Assembly (NCBI GenBank): GCA_937129395.1
Contig: CAKZNE010000134.1
Span: 18,196 to 82,195, forward strand
Origin: an uncultured Cryomorphaceae bacterium
GTDB taxonomy: Bacteria > Bacteroidota > Bacteroidia > Flavobacteriales > Schleiferiaceae
Direction of reading: 5' to 3'
DNA: 64,000 nt
This document shows, piece after piece, positions 39,502-48,681 of the stretch. The position numbers were made by a program, and so were the translations under genes. Positions within the stretch are counted from its first letter, which is position 1, and every line of letters starts with the position of its first letter. A model generated the notes under the pieces. It was not told where the DNA came from. It did not search any database and worked only from the letters and a program-made list of their open reading frames with translations.

Positions 39502-39900
39502 CTACTTTATACCTTCTCTAAAATTAAAAACAGCTACGCCATTTACCAATTCTATATTTCTATTTACCCCTCCGTATTGAACTTTTAAGGAATCTAAACC
39601 TTCGGGTACATCAAACTTTAAAAGGCCCTTTGTGTTGTTCGGAACAAACTTTTTGATAATAACATTACCATCCTTATCCATTACCGATAACAACTTAACC
39701 TTAGCCACATCACCTGCCCCAGGTACTAATTTCAATCTTACCTCTACTTTCTTAATTGTATCCATACCAACTTTTAAATCACTCAATAAATAATGCTCTT
39801 GATTTACGTTTTTGTTTAATGGAGCAGCTTCAACTCTTTTTGTTTTCCAGCTAATCAGACCTAAGGCCAAAACGATTATTGTTAAACTTATCTTTTTCAT
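39502..39900 (-). CDS. Small secreted protein of unknown function
   Basis: Signal/anchor MKKISLTIIVLALGLISW, beta-rich remainder. Separated from the sigma gene by a terminator-like hairpin. Confidence 0.5.
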   Translation of the reverse strand: MKKISLTIIVLALGLISWKTKRVEAAPLNKNVNQEHYLLSDLKVGMDTIKKVEVRLKLVPGAGDVAKVKLLSVMDKDGNVIIKKFVPNNTKGLLKFDVPEGLDSLKVQYGGVNRNIELVNGVAVFNFREGIK

Positions 39901-40171
39901 AATTGCTCTAATTTGTTATTCGCGCATAATATATAGTAATTACAATGCCGCTAAGCGTAAATATTTGTTTTTGTGACAGTTGCGGTTTCCCTTGCTTCGC
40001 AACCATTCCCTTTTTGGGACTTTTTGTTTCGTTTCCTCATTTTGGGACTGGGAAATTAAATGCGTTTTTGGATAAAGTAAAAGAAGGATAGCCCTAAAAA
40101 CTGCATTTTCCCTTTGGAAAGGATTTACTCTCAGTCTGAACAATTATTTTTACCTTCTTTTTTAGTGTAAA

Positions 40172-42412
40172 ATGCATATTTATCCAGATCAATTAAGTGA
40201 AAGTTTAGATTTCGAAGCTGTAAAGCAAGCTGTTTCTCAGTATTGCCAAACTACTGGTGGGAAAGAATTTATTCATAAGATCAACACCTTTAAAAACAAC
40301 ACAGCCTTAGAAAAGGAATTAATTCAAACCAATGAATTGCTCTCCTTGTATCTTTCCGATGATTCTTTTCCCTCCACTTTATTTGATTCCATTAAAGAGG
40401 CGCTTAGCAGATTAAAAACTCAAGGAACGGTATTGGAAGAAAAACAGTTCTCCCAAATTCGCAGCTTGAGTGAGTCCTACGCCAATATGTTTCGCTATGT
40501 AGATAAAAAAAGAAATCGCCTTTTTAGCATTTACCAATGGATAGAATCCGCCCAACCCGAAAAAAGCATTTCTCTGGAAATCGACAAACGAATTGATGAA
40601 AGAGCAATCGTAAAATCCAACGCCTCTCCCGAATTGCAAAAAATTAGAGGCCGACTGGTAAAAAGCAGAATAGCAGCCGATCGCATTTTTGATCGAATGC
40701 TAAAAAAATATAGAGACAGGGGTGTAGTTGCCGATTTTCATGAAAGCGTTTCCGAAGATCGAAGGGTGTTGGCTATTCAATCTACTTATAAAGGTCAGGT
40801 TAGCGGAATACTCCACGGGAGCAGTGCCAAACACAGCATTACTTTTATAGAGCCGGGCGAAACGGTGGAAATCAACAATGAGATTAATTTTTTACTGGAT
40901 GAAGAAAAACAAGAAATCCGAAGAATACTAAAAGAGCTAACGGATATTATCCGCCCTTTCGGTTCTCTTTTGTTTGAATACGAGAAAATTTTAACCAAAC
41001 TCGATTTTATAAAAGCCAAGGCTATTTTCGCCAAAAACCAAGAATGTTGCCTTCCGCAAATCAACAATCATAAACATATCTATTTAAGAGACGCCTATAA
41101 CCCTGCCTTAAAACTGGTAAATAAATTCAAGAATAAAATTACCATTCCTTTAAATTTAGAATTGGACTCCTCCAACAGAATTTTGGTGATTAGTGGTCCA
41201 AATGCTGGCGGGAAATCCATTGCCCTAAAAACACTTGGCTTACTACAAATAATGCTACAAAGTGGTTTCTTAATCCCTGTTCATCCTGATAGCAGCCTTT
41301 GTTTATTTTCGAGATTAATGGGAGATATTGGCGACAGTCAATCCATAGAAAACGAACTTTCTACTTACAGTTCCAAATTGGAAAAGATGAAATATTTCTT
41401 AAACAAGGCGGATGATGATACCCTTTTGTTAATTGATGAATTTGGCTCTGGTTCTGATCCTGATTTGGGAAGCGCTTTGGCTCAGGTGTTTTTGGAGAAA
41501 TTAAACAGTTATAAAACGGTAGGAATTTTTACAACACATTACAATTCCATAAAAGCCATTGCCGCTTCTACGGACGGAATCTTAAATGGAGCCATGTTGT
41601 TTGATAGCAAAACCTTTAACCCAGAATATAGACTGGAAATAGGAAACCCAGGAAGTTCCTATACTTTTGAAGTAGCTCAGAAAACAGGAATTCCTCATCA
41701 TATAATTAAAGAAGCCCGAGAAAGAACAGGGAAAAGCACTTTAAAGGTGGATCAGCTTTTGGTTCAAATCCAAAGTGAAAAGTTGCAGTTGGAAAAAAAA
41801 CGTGACCAACTAAACAAAGAGCTTCGACAGATTAAAGTGTTGGAAGCTGAAAAGTCCGATACCATTGGAAAATTAGAGGAAAAACTCAATAGACAAAGCA
41901 AGATTAACGAAGAACATGACCGGCTTTTATATTGGGGACAACGATTTCAAAAACTGGTGGACTCTTGGATGGATCAAAAAAACCAGAAGGACAAAAAAGA
42001 AGTTGTTTCGCGATTTATTGGTTTATTAAATCAACGAAGTGGGGAAACCGAAAAAGAAGAAAATGTTGCTTTAAGCAAAGCTGGACAAAGAAGGAAAAAC
42101 CAATTGGAAAAATTAACCTCAACAGAGCTCAAAATTGGGGATAAGGTAAAGTTGATTGACTCTAAAATGGAAGGCAGCATCCAGGAAATAAAGGGGGATA
42201 AGTACAAAGTTATTGTTGGCGACACCATTTCCATGACGGTGGAAAGGGCCAAAATAATCCCCTTTGCAGCAAAATTGGAAGCACCCCGAAAAAAGAAGAA
42301 AAGGAGTGCCAATTTTAAAAGCACTGAAAAGGGAAGTCCAAAGGCAGAAAAAAACAAAACTGAAAAAAAATCCAAGAAGGAAAAACCAAAATCCGACTCT
42401 GCTAATTCCTAA
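40172..42412 (+). CDS. MutS2-family ATPase without a recognisable Smr domain, with Lys-rich C-terminal tail
   Basis: Walker A ISGPNAGGKS, Walker B LLLIDEFGSGSDP, TTHY motif, coiled-coil, KOW-like KIGDKVKLIDS..GSIQEI. Ends in a KKKKR..KKSKKEKPK tail; no LDLRG..HGKG Smr motif. Confidence 0.75.
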   Translation: MHIYPDQLSESLDFEAVKQAVSQYCQTTGGKEFIHKINTFKNNTALEKELIQTNELLSLYLSDDSFPSTLFDSIKEALSRLKTQGTVLEEKQFSQIRSLSESYANMFRYVDKKRNRLFSIYQWIESAQPEKSISLEIDKRIDERAIVKSNASPELQKIRGRLVKSRIAADRIFDRMLKKYRDRGVVADFHESVSEDRRVLAIQSTYKGQVSGILHGSSAKHSITFIEPGETVEINNEINFLLDEEKQEIRRILKELTDIIRPFGSLLFEYEKILTKLDFIKAKAIFAKNQECCLPQINNHKHIYLRDAYNPALKLVNKFKNKITIPLNLELDSSNRILVISGPNAGGKSIALKTLGLLQIMLQSGFLIPVHPDSSLCLFSRLMGDIGDSQSIENELSTYSSKLEKMKYFLNKADDDTLLLIDEFGSGSDPDLGSALAQVFLEKLNSYKTVGIFTTHYNSIKAIAASTDGILNGAMLFDSKTFNPEYRLEIGNPGSSYTFEVAQKTGIPHHIIKEARERTGKSTLKVDQLLVQIQSEKLQLEKKRDQLNKELRQIKVLEAEKSDTIGKLEEKLNRQSKINEEHDRLLYWGQRFQKLVDSWMDQKNQKDKKEVVSRFIGLLNQRSGETEKEENVALSKAGQRRKNQLEKLTSTELKIGDKVKLIDSKMEGSIQEIKGDKYKVIVGDTISMTVERAKIIPFAAKLEAPRKKKKRSANFKSTEKGSPKAEKNKTEKKSKKEKPKSDSANS

Positions 42413-42440
42413 ATGTTATTTTTGGCAAAAAGCTTTATAG

Positions 42441-43697
42441 ATGGAAGACCTAAACACCCCTATGTTTCCTTTATCCAATGATGCCATTGTAATTGGTTTA
42501 CTCGCCTTGATCCTTGGTTTTGTTTTTAAAACTTCAAGCATTAAGACTGGAGGATGGAAACGGTTTTACACTTTTGTTCCAGCACTTTTACTGTGTTATT
42601 TCATTCCTTCAATATTTAATTCTCTTGGAATTATTGATGGCGAAACAAGCAAATTATACTTTGTAGCTTCCCGATACCTTTTACCAACCTCCCTTGTATT
42701 GCTTACATTAAGCATAGATTTAAAAGAAATTTGGAAACTTCGAGCCAAAGCAGGCGTAATGTTTTTAGCCGGTACCGCGGGAATTATAATCGGTGGTCCA
42801 TTGGCTATTTTAATTACAAGCACATTTGCACCCGATGTTGTGGGAGGGCAAGGGCCTGAAGAAGTATGGAGAGGACTTTCTACAATTGCAGGTAGCTGGA
42901 TTGGAGGAAGTGCCAATCAAGCGGCGATGTTGGAAGTTTTTAAACCAAGTGGTGAATTATTTTCCGCAACAATTGCCGTGGATGTTATCGTTGCAAATAT
43001 TTGGATGGCTATCCTTCTACTAGGTGTAGGAAAATCTAAAAAAATTGATAAATTTTTTAATGCGGATTCAAGCTCCGTGGAAACTTTGAAATTAAACGTA
43101 GAAAAATACCAAGCAAGCATAGCCAAAATACCTACTCTTAGTGATATTATGATTATTCTAGGGATTGGATTGGCAGCTACTGGGATTGGACATTTTTTTG
43201 CGGATTTAATTGCTCCATATATCGAAACAAATTTTCCTGATCTAAAAAAGTTTAGTCTAACCAGCGGTTTCTTTTGGTTGATTATTATTACTACAACGAT
43301 TGGTGTTGTCCTTTCCTTTACAAAAGCCAGAAAACTTGAAGGAGCTGGGGCGTCTAAAATTGGATCGGCCATGTTATACATTTTAGTAGCGACCATCGGA
43401 ATGAAAATGGATGTTTTAGCCATTTTTGATAATCCAGGTCTCTTCGGTGTTGGTTTTATTTGGATGATTATTCATGTTATTGTTCTTCTTTCGGTTGCAA
43501 AACTTATTAAAGCTCCATTCTTTTTTGTCGCTGTTGGTAGTCAAGCAAACGTTGGAGGTGCTGCTTCTGCTCCAATTGTTGCCGGAGCTTTTCATCCTTC
43601 CCTAGCTCCAATTGGAGTATTACTTGCCGTATTTGGATATGCTGTTGGAACTTATGGTGCTTGGCTTTGTGGAATTCTAATGCAAATGGCATCTTAA
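42441..43697 (+). CDS. Polytopic membrane protein (DUF819-like)
   Basis: 418 aa, ~10 TM helices; GSWIGGSANQAAM and GSQANVGGAASAP repeat-like motifs. Confidence 0.5.
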   Translation: MEDLNTPMFPLSNDAIVIGLLALILGFVFKTSSIKTGGWKRFYTFVPALLLCYFIPSIFNSLGIIDGETSKLYFVASRYLLPTSLVLLTLSIDLKEIWKLRAKAGVMFLAGTAGIIIGGPLAILITSTFAPDVVGGQGPEEVWRGLSTIAGSWIGGSANQAAMLEVFKPSGELFSATIAVDVIVANIWMAILLLGVGKSKKIDKFFNADSSSVETLKLNVEKYQASIAKIPTLSDIMIILGIGLAATGIGHFFADLIAPYIETNFPDLKKFSLTSGFFWLIIITTTIGVVLSFTKARKLEGAGASKIGSAMLYILVATIGMKMDVLAIFDNPGLFGVGFIWMIIHVIVLLSVAKLIKAPFFFVAVGSQANVGGAASAPIVAGAFHPSLAPIGVLLAVFGYAVGTYGAWLCGILMQMAS

Positions 43698-43706
43698 AAG
43701 AAAAGA

Positions 43707-45095
43707 ATGAAAAAATATTTCCCGCTATTAGGTCTAGTTTTGTTTTTGACAAATAGCCCAATAAATGCCCAAACCACCCAAGCCCAAACTGATGAAACAA
43801 ACATCAAAAAGCTTTACACCACTGCTTTAACGGAGCAAAATGGTTATAAATGGCTAACTAAGCTCACCAATATTGGCCCTCGTTTAGCGGGGTCTCCTGA
43901 AGCAACTCAAGCGGTAAAAGATTTTGCGGTTTTGGCCGATTCTTTGGGTTTTGAAACCACTTTGCAAGAAGTTACAGTTCCCCATTGGATTAGAGGAGAA
44001 AAAGAAGAGTCTTATTATTATTTTAATGGGCAAAAAATAAAAACCAATGGTTGCGCACTTGGAGGTTCTGTAGCTACCAAGAAAAAAGGATTGCAAGCTC
44101 CTATTGTAGAAATCACCTCTTTTGAAGAGCTAGAGGAGATGGACAAAAAAGCCCTAAAAGGGAAAATTGCCTTCTTCAATATTCCCATGGACCCTTCCTT
44201 TATATTCACCTTTTTCGCCTATGGAAGTGCTGTAAAACAAAGATATGTAGGAGCCGTTGAAGCTTCTAAAAAAGGAGCTGTTGGTGTAATTGTTCGTTCG
44301 CTGAGTTCCAGTGTAAACAAATATCCACATACAGGAAGCATGACTTACGCCGATGCTAAAAAAGAAATTCCTGCAATGGCAATTAGCACTTATGATGCAG
44401 AAAGACTAAGCAATCATTTGGTAGTAGAGCCAGGACTAGAGTTTTTCTATAAAATGAATTGTGAATGGGGAGATAGTACTGTTTCTTATAATTTGATTGC
44501 GGATATTAAAGGAAGGGAAAAACCAGATGAAATTATAGTCGTTGGTGGCCATATAGATTCTTGGGATTTAGGTACGGGTGCCCACGATGATGGAGCAGGA
44601 AGCATTCACGCTTTAGAATCGGCCTATTTATTAAAACAATTGGATCTATTACCAAAAAGGACCCTTAGAGTAGTTTTCTTTATGAATGAAGAATTCGGAT
44701 TGAATGGAGCCATTAAATACGCCAAACAAAGTGTAAAGGACAGTGTAAATCACGTTCTAGCAATGGAATCCGATGCGGGTGGTTTTTCCCCAAGAGGAAT
44801 TAGTATTGTTGCTCCAGATTCTATAATAAAAAAAATAAAAACCCTTAGGAGTTTATTGGAACCTTATGGGATTCACCAATTTAGCCAGACAGAGGCTGGA
44901 GCGGATATTGGCCAACTGAGCAAGGAAAAAACGGTGATGATTGGTATGCGACCAGATGGCCATCGTTATTTTGAAATCCACCATTCGGAGTTGGATAAAA
45001 TTGAAAGTGTAAATGCTCGCGAATTGGAAATGGGTTCGGCTACTTTTGCTGCAATTATCTATTTAATTGACAAATACGATATCCTTATTCAGTAG
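43707..45095 (+). CDS. M28 family metallopeptidase with PA domain
   Basis: Signal peptide; VVGGHIDSWDLGTGAHDDGAG; NEEFGLNG; EIHHSELD metal-ligand motifs. Confidence 0.75.
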   Translation: MKKYFPLLGLVLFLTNSPINAQTTQAQTDETNIKKLYTTALTEQNGYKWLTKLTNIGPRLAGSPEATQAVKDFAVLADSLGFETTLQEVTVPHWIRGEKEESYYYFNGQKIKTNGCALGGSVATKKKGLQAPIVEITSFEELEEMDKKALKGKIAFFNIPMDPSFIFTFFAYGSAVKQRYVGAVEASKKGAVGVIVRSLSSSVNKYPHTGSMTYADAKKEIPAMAISTYDAERLSNHLVVEPGLEFFYKMNCEWGDSTVSYNLIADIKGREKPDEIIVVGGHIDSWDLGTGAHDDGAGSIHALESAYLLKQLDLLPKRTLRVVFFMNEEFGLNGAIKYAKQSVKDSVNHVLAMESDAGGFSPRGISIVAPDSIIKKIKTLRSLLEPYGIHQFSQTEAGADIGQLSKEKTVMIGMRPDGHRYFEIHHSELDKIESVNARELEMGSATFAAIIYLIDKYDILIQ

Positions 45096-45528
45096 TAGAG
45101 ATTCTCTTAAAATTAAAGACTAAAACTTTTTTTCGTCCAACATCATAAACCTCCACCTTAATTTGCTCAGGGTTTAGGAAAAGGTAATGAATATGGTTTG
45201 GGAAATCATGTTCCAAATTAGAAAATAGAATTTCACTTTTGGTGGATTTACTTTCTTTAAATTCTATTGCGGAAGCATTTCCCGAAACATCGGCTATATA
45301 AACTAACTTATCGTTTTGCGCATAAATTTTCAAAGTCTCCCAAACTTCTTTTTTACCCATTTTTATTTCCAAGGCTCGGCCCTCCATAGTATCTCCCTTT
45401 AATTCCCAAATTTCGTGGTGACTGCTGTCCTTTTCATTTTGCCAAATCCCTAACAAATCATTGGGATTAAAGGCCTGACCACAAAGCGAGGAGGAGGAGA
45501 AACAAAATAAAATAAGAATGTATTTCAT
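45085..45528 (-). CDS. Small secreted lipocalin-like protein (DUF6265-like)
   Basis: Signal peptide; GIWQNEKDS..HEIWE.., LEHDFPNHIHY. Family name is from memory only. Confidence 0.4.
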   Translation of the reverse strand: MKYILILFCFSSSSLCGQAFNPNDLLGIWQNEKDSSHHEIWELKGDTMEGRALEIKMGKKEVWETLKIYAQNDKLVYIADVSGNASAIEFKESKSTKSEILFSNLEHDFPNHIHYLFLNPEQIKVEVYDVGRKKVLVFNFKRISTTE

Positions 45529-45619
45529 GGTTCAAGTTTTAAAAAACCTCATCGTAAAGAAAGCTATTAAAAATTATTCCTTCTGTTTTTTATCTTAGAA
45601 GCTGCTAATCTTCAATAAG

Positions 45620-46084
45620 ATGAAACCTATTCCAAATCCTGTTTTTAGAAATTATCTCGGTAAAGAAATTAAAAATATAAAGTCCTTCGTAGAGCAATGG
45701 CTCAAAAATCACCCCGGTGGAGAAATTTATGTGGGAACCGATTCCAAGGCAAGAGGAAAATGGGTAAAATACTCCACCGTTATTTGCCTTTGGGATGTGG
45801 GAAAGGGTGTTGCAGAATTGTATAAAAACGAAGTTTCACCAAAACCCAGGGATACTTTTAGCAGGTTATGGGAAGAGGTAACAAAGGCCATAGAAATTGC
45901 ATCAGAATTAAAATCTTTGGGGAAAATTACGGTTCATGTGGATATTAATTCCAATCCCAAATACAGATCCCATCGCCTTTACGACGCAAGTATAGGATTG
46001 TTAAATTCCCTGGGATTTGAAGCGGCCGGAAAACCATTTTCTTGGGCTGCTACCTGCGGTGCACATAGACATTGCCAAGGTTAA
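45620..46084 (+). CDS. RNase H-fold YkuK/DUF458-like protein
   Basis: GEIYVGTDSKARG, VGKGVAELY, VHVDINSNPKYRS, GFEAAGKP..AATCGAHRH match my recollection of the YkuK-family pattern. Confidence 0.5.
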   Translation: MKPIPNPVFRNYLGKEIKNIKSFVEQWLKNHPGGEIYVGTDSKARGKWVKYSTVICLWDVGKGVAELYKNEVSPKPRDTFSRLWEEVTKAIEIASELKSLGKITVHVDINSNPKYRSHRLYDASIGLLNSLGFEAAGKPFSWAATCGAHRHCQG

Positions 46085-46378
46085 AACGAGGCCCTTTGAA
46101 GCACCTCGGACATTGTTAACAAAATAAATCTCTGACCAACAGCGATTTAAATTTTTTTTATTAACAAAAGTTTCTATCTTCGTTACCCTTTAAAAAATAG
46201 CCGCAATTTTTTTTAATGAGCACAATTAGTCAAAACTTACATATAGATCAGTACTTCGGAAAAGAAAACCGAAGCTTAGATTTGATTAATAGACCTAGAA
46301 AATCGGCTTGTTGCATTACTCCAGATAGAGCCAAAGTATTTAAAAAATACAATCACTCTTTTTCAAAGTAATTCCCTT

Positions 46379-48448
46379 TTAATAATTTAATAATTCCTCC
46401 ATTTTTGCCGCAACTTTATCTGCGTTAGGAATCATTGTGAATTCTAAGGTGCTGTTTAAAGGAATAGCCGGAAGGTTTTCTGACCCAATAACCATTACGG
46501 GAGCGTCCAATTGCTTGAAACAGTTTTGTTGCGCTAAACTAGCAATACCCTGAGCAAATGAATTTCCTTCAGGCTCTTCGGTTATTACCAAACATTTACC
46601 ATGCTTTTTAACTCTTTCAAAAATTAAGTTCTCATCCAAGGGGTATATCGTTCTTAAATCTACAACCTCCACTTGACCAGGGAAATTTTTCATAGCCGAT
46701 TTGGCCCAGTACACTCCCATTCCATAAGTAATTACGCAAATGGAATTTCCGCCATCTATTTTTTCTTCGTCTGCCGGATAGGCAATTCTTCCCTTACCAA
46801 ATGGAATAACATAATCTTCCGATGGTTCTACGGTTTTTGCGTCTTCCGTGCCTTTTATTTTACTCCAATACAAACCTTTGTGCTCCAACATCACAACCGG
46901 ATTAGGATCGTAATAGGCCGATTTCATCAAGCCTTTCAAATCTGCTCCCGTACTTGGATATGCGATTTTAATTCCTCGAATATTACTTAAAACACTTTCT
47001 ACACTTGAAGAATGGTATGGTCCACCGCTTCCATAGGCTCCAATTGGCACACGAATTACCGCGCTAATAGGCCATTTCCCATTGGATAAATAACAGCTTC
47101 TACTTACTTCTGTAAAAAGTTGATTTAAACCTGGCCAAATATAATCGGCAAACTGAACCTCAACAAAAGGCTTACAACCTGCGGCGCTCATACCTACCGT
47201 GGATCCAATAATAAATGCTTCTTGAATTGGGGTATTAAAAACGCGATCATCACCAAATTTTTGAGCCAAAGTGGCCGCTTCTCTAAACACACCACCAAGT
47301 CTTCCGCCAACATCCTGTCCGTATAAAAGAGCTTCCGGGTGTTCCCTCATTATTTCTTGAATCGCAAAAAGGGCAGCATCCACCATTACGGTTTTGTCCT
47401 TTCCATTTGGAGATCTTTCCCCTTTTTCTTCGGTAATGGGAGTCGGAGCAAAGTCATGATCAAAAAGATCTTCTGGCCTTGGGTCTTCTGCTTCTTTTGC
47501 TCTGTTGTAATCAGATTCTACTTTTTCCCCAGCTTCTTTTTGGATCTTTAGTAACTCCTCCTCCGTCATCCCGTTTTCGAGCAAATAGCTCCAAAATTTT
47601 GGGAAGGGGTCTCTTGTAGCGTGTTCTTCTAAATCATCGCGGTACCATTCTTTTCTTACACCAGAAGTATGGTGACCTAAGAGAGGAACTCTAGCATGAA
47701 TTAAAAACGGTCTTCTTTCTTCTCTTACTTTTTCAATTACTTCTTGCAGGGTGGAATAGCTTTCTTCAAAGTCACTTCCATCAATACTTCGGGTTTCTAT
47801 CCCTTTAAAACCTTGGGCATATTCTGCTGCATTTTGGGCTCTTGTTTCGGCGGCATTTGCTGATATATCCCATTCATTATCCTGCACCAAATAGATTATC
47901 GGAAGTTGTTTTAAAGCTGCCATTTGCATGGCTTCAGAAATCTCTCCTTCCGTCATTGCCGCGTCTCCAATGGAGCAAACAACAATTGGCTTTTCCTCTT
48001 GGCTTTGATTTAAATTATGAATTTCATTATAGCGCATTCCCATTGCAATTCCTGTAGTAGGAATGGTTTGCATACCGGTTGCGGAGGATTGGTGAATAAT
48101 TTTTGGTTTATCGGCATCTTTTAAACTAGGGTGGCAATAATAGGTTCTACCGCCAGAAAAGGGATCTTCTCTTTTGGCCATTAATTGCAACATACAATCA
48201 TAGGGGCTCATGCCTATCCCTAAAAGAATAGAATCATCTCGGTAGTAAGGAGAAACAAAATCCTGGGGTTTTAATTGAAGGGCGCATGCCAACTGAATAG
48301 CTTCATGACCTCTGGAGGTTGCGTGAACATATTTAGAAGTAAATTCCTTATTCTCCTCATAAATCTCAGCCATGGCCTTTGCCGTGCACATTAATGCAAA
48401 TGCTTCTTTTACTATTTCTTGAGAAATGGTAGGGGATTTTGTTTTCAT
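46379..48448 (-). CDS. Fused alpha/beta E1 component of a 2-oxoacid (branched-chain) dehydrogenase
   Basis: N-half TPP-binding E1-alpha (GDAAMTEGE..), C-half E1-beta transketolase-like (NTPIQEAFIIGSTVGM). Start set at ATG 48448 because the track TTG 48514 lies in a -7 box. Confidence 0.8.
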   Translation of the reverse strand: MKTKSPTISQEIVKEAFALMCTAKAMAEIYEENKEFTSKYVHATSRGHEAIQLACALQLKPQDFVSPYYRDDSILLGIGMSPYDCMLQLMAKREDPFSGGRTYYCHPSLKDADKPKIIHQSSATGMQTIPTTGIAMGMRYNEIHNLNQSQEEKPIVVCSIGDAAMTEGEISEAMQMAALKQLPIIYLVQDNEWDISANAAETRAQNAAEYAQGFKGIETRSIDGSDFEESYSTLQEVIEKVREERRPFLIHARVPLLGHHTSGVRKEWYRDDLEEHATRDPFPKFWSYLLENGMTEEELLKIQKEAGEKVESDYNRAKEAEDPRPEDLFDHDFAPTPITEEKGERSPNGKDKTVMVDAALFAIQEIMREHPEALLYGQDVGGRLGGVFREAATLAQKFGDDRVFNTPIQEAFIIGSTVGMSAAGCKPFVEVQFADYIWPGLNQLFTEVSRSCYLSNGKWPISAVIRVPIGAYGSGGPYHSSSVESVLSNIRGIKIAYPSTGADLKGLMKSAYYDPNPVVMLEHKGLYWSKIKGTEDAKTVEPSEDYVIPFGKGRIAYPADEEKIDGGNSICVITYGMGVYWAKSAMKNFPGQVEVVDLRTIYPLDENLIFERVKKHGKCLVITEEPEGNSFAQGIASLAQQNCFKQLDAPVMVIGSENLPAIPLNSTLEFTMIPNADKVAAKMEELLNY

Positions 48449-48511
48449 AATTCCAAATTCTGGTTGGCAAATATCGTAAATGGAAAATGGACTAAGAAAT
48501 TCATGTTTTCC

Positions 48512-48519
48512 CAAAATTA
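48512..48519 (-). promoter_or_regulatory. -7 box TAATTTTG (fused BCKDH E1)
   Basis: Plus strand CAAAATTA; overlaps the track TTG start. Confidence 0.4.
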
Positions 48520-48681
48520 TAGCGCGATAATTTGCTTTAACTATTTTATTCTATGATCTTTAGAAAGTCTTTTCTATTATTGAGTTTAGATTAACAGACT
48601 TTTTTCAAATTCCTATTAAAGCAAAAATCAAAATTTTAGGCCTTTCCTAAACTTGAATGTCCCAATAAACCACCTTATTAA

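Noticed and set aside
39940-40143. 67-aa minus-strand ORF in the mutS2 upstream spacer
   Set aside because: The product is highly basic and low-complexity, has no start context, and overlaps direct repeats and hairpins. It is more likely non-coding regulatory DNA.
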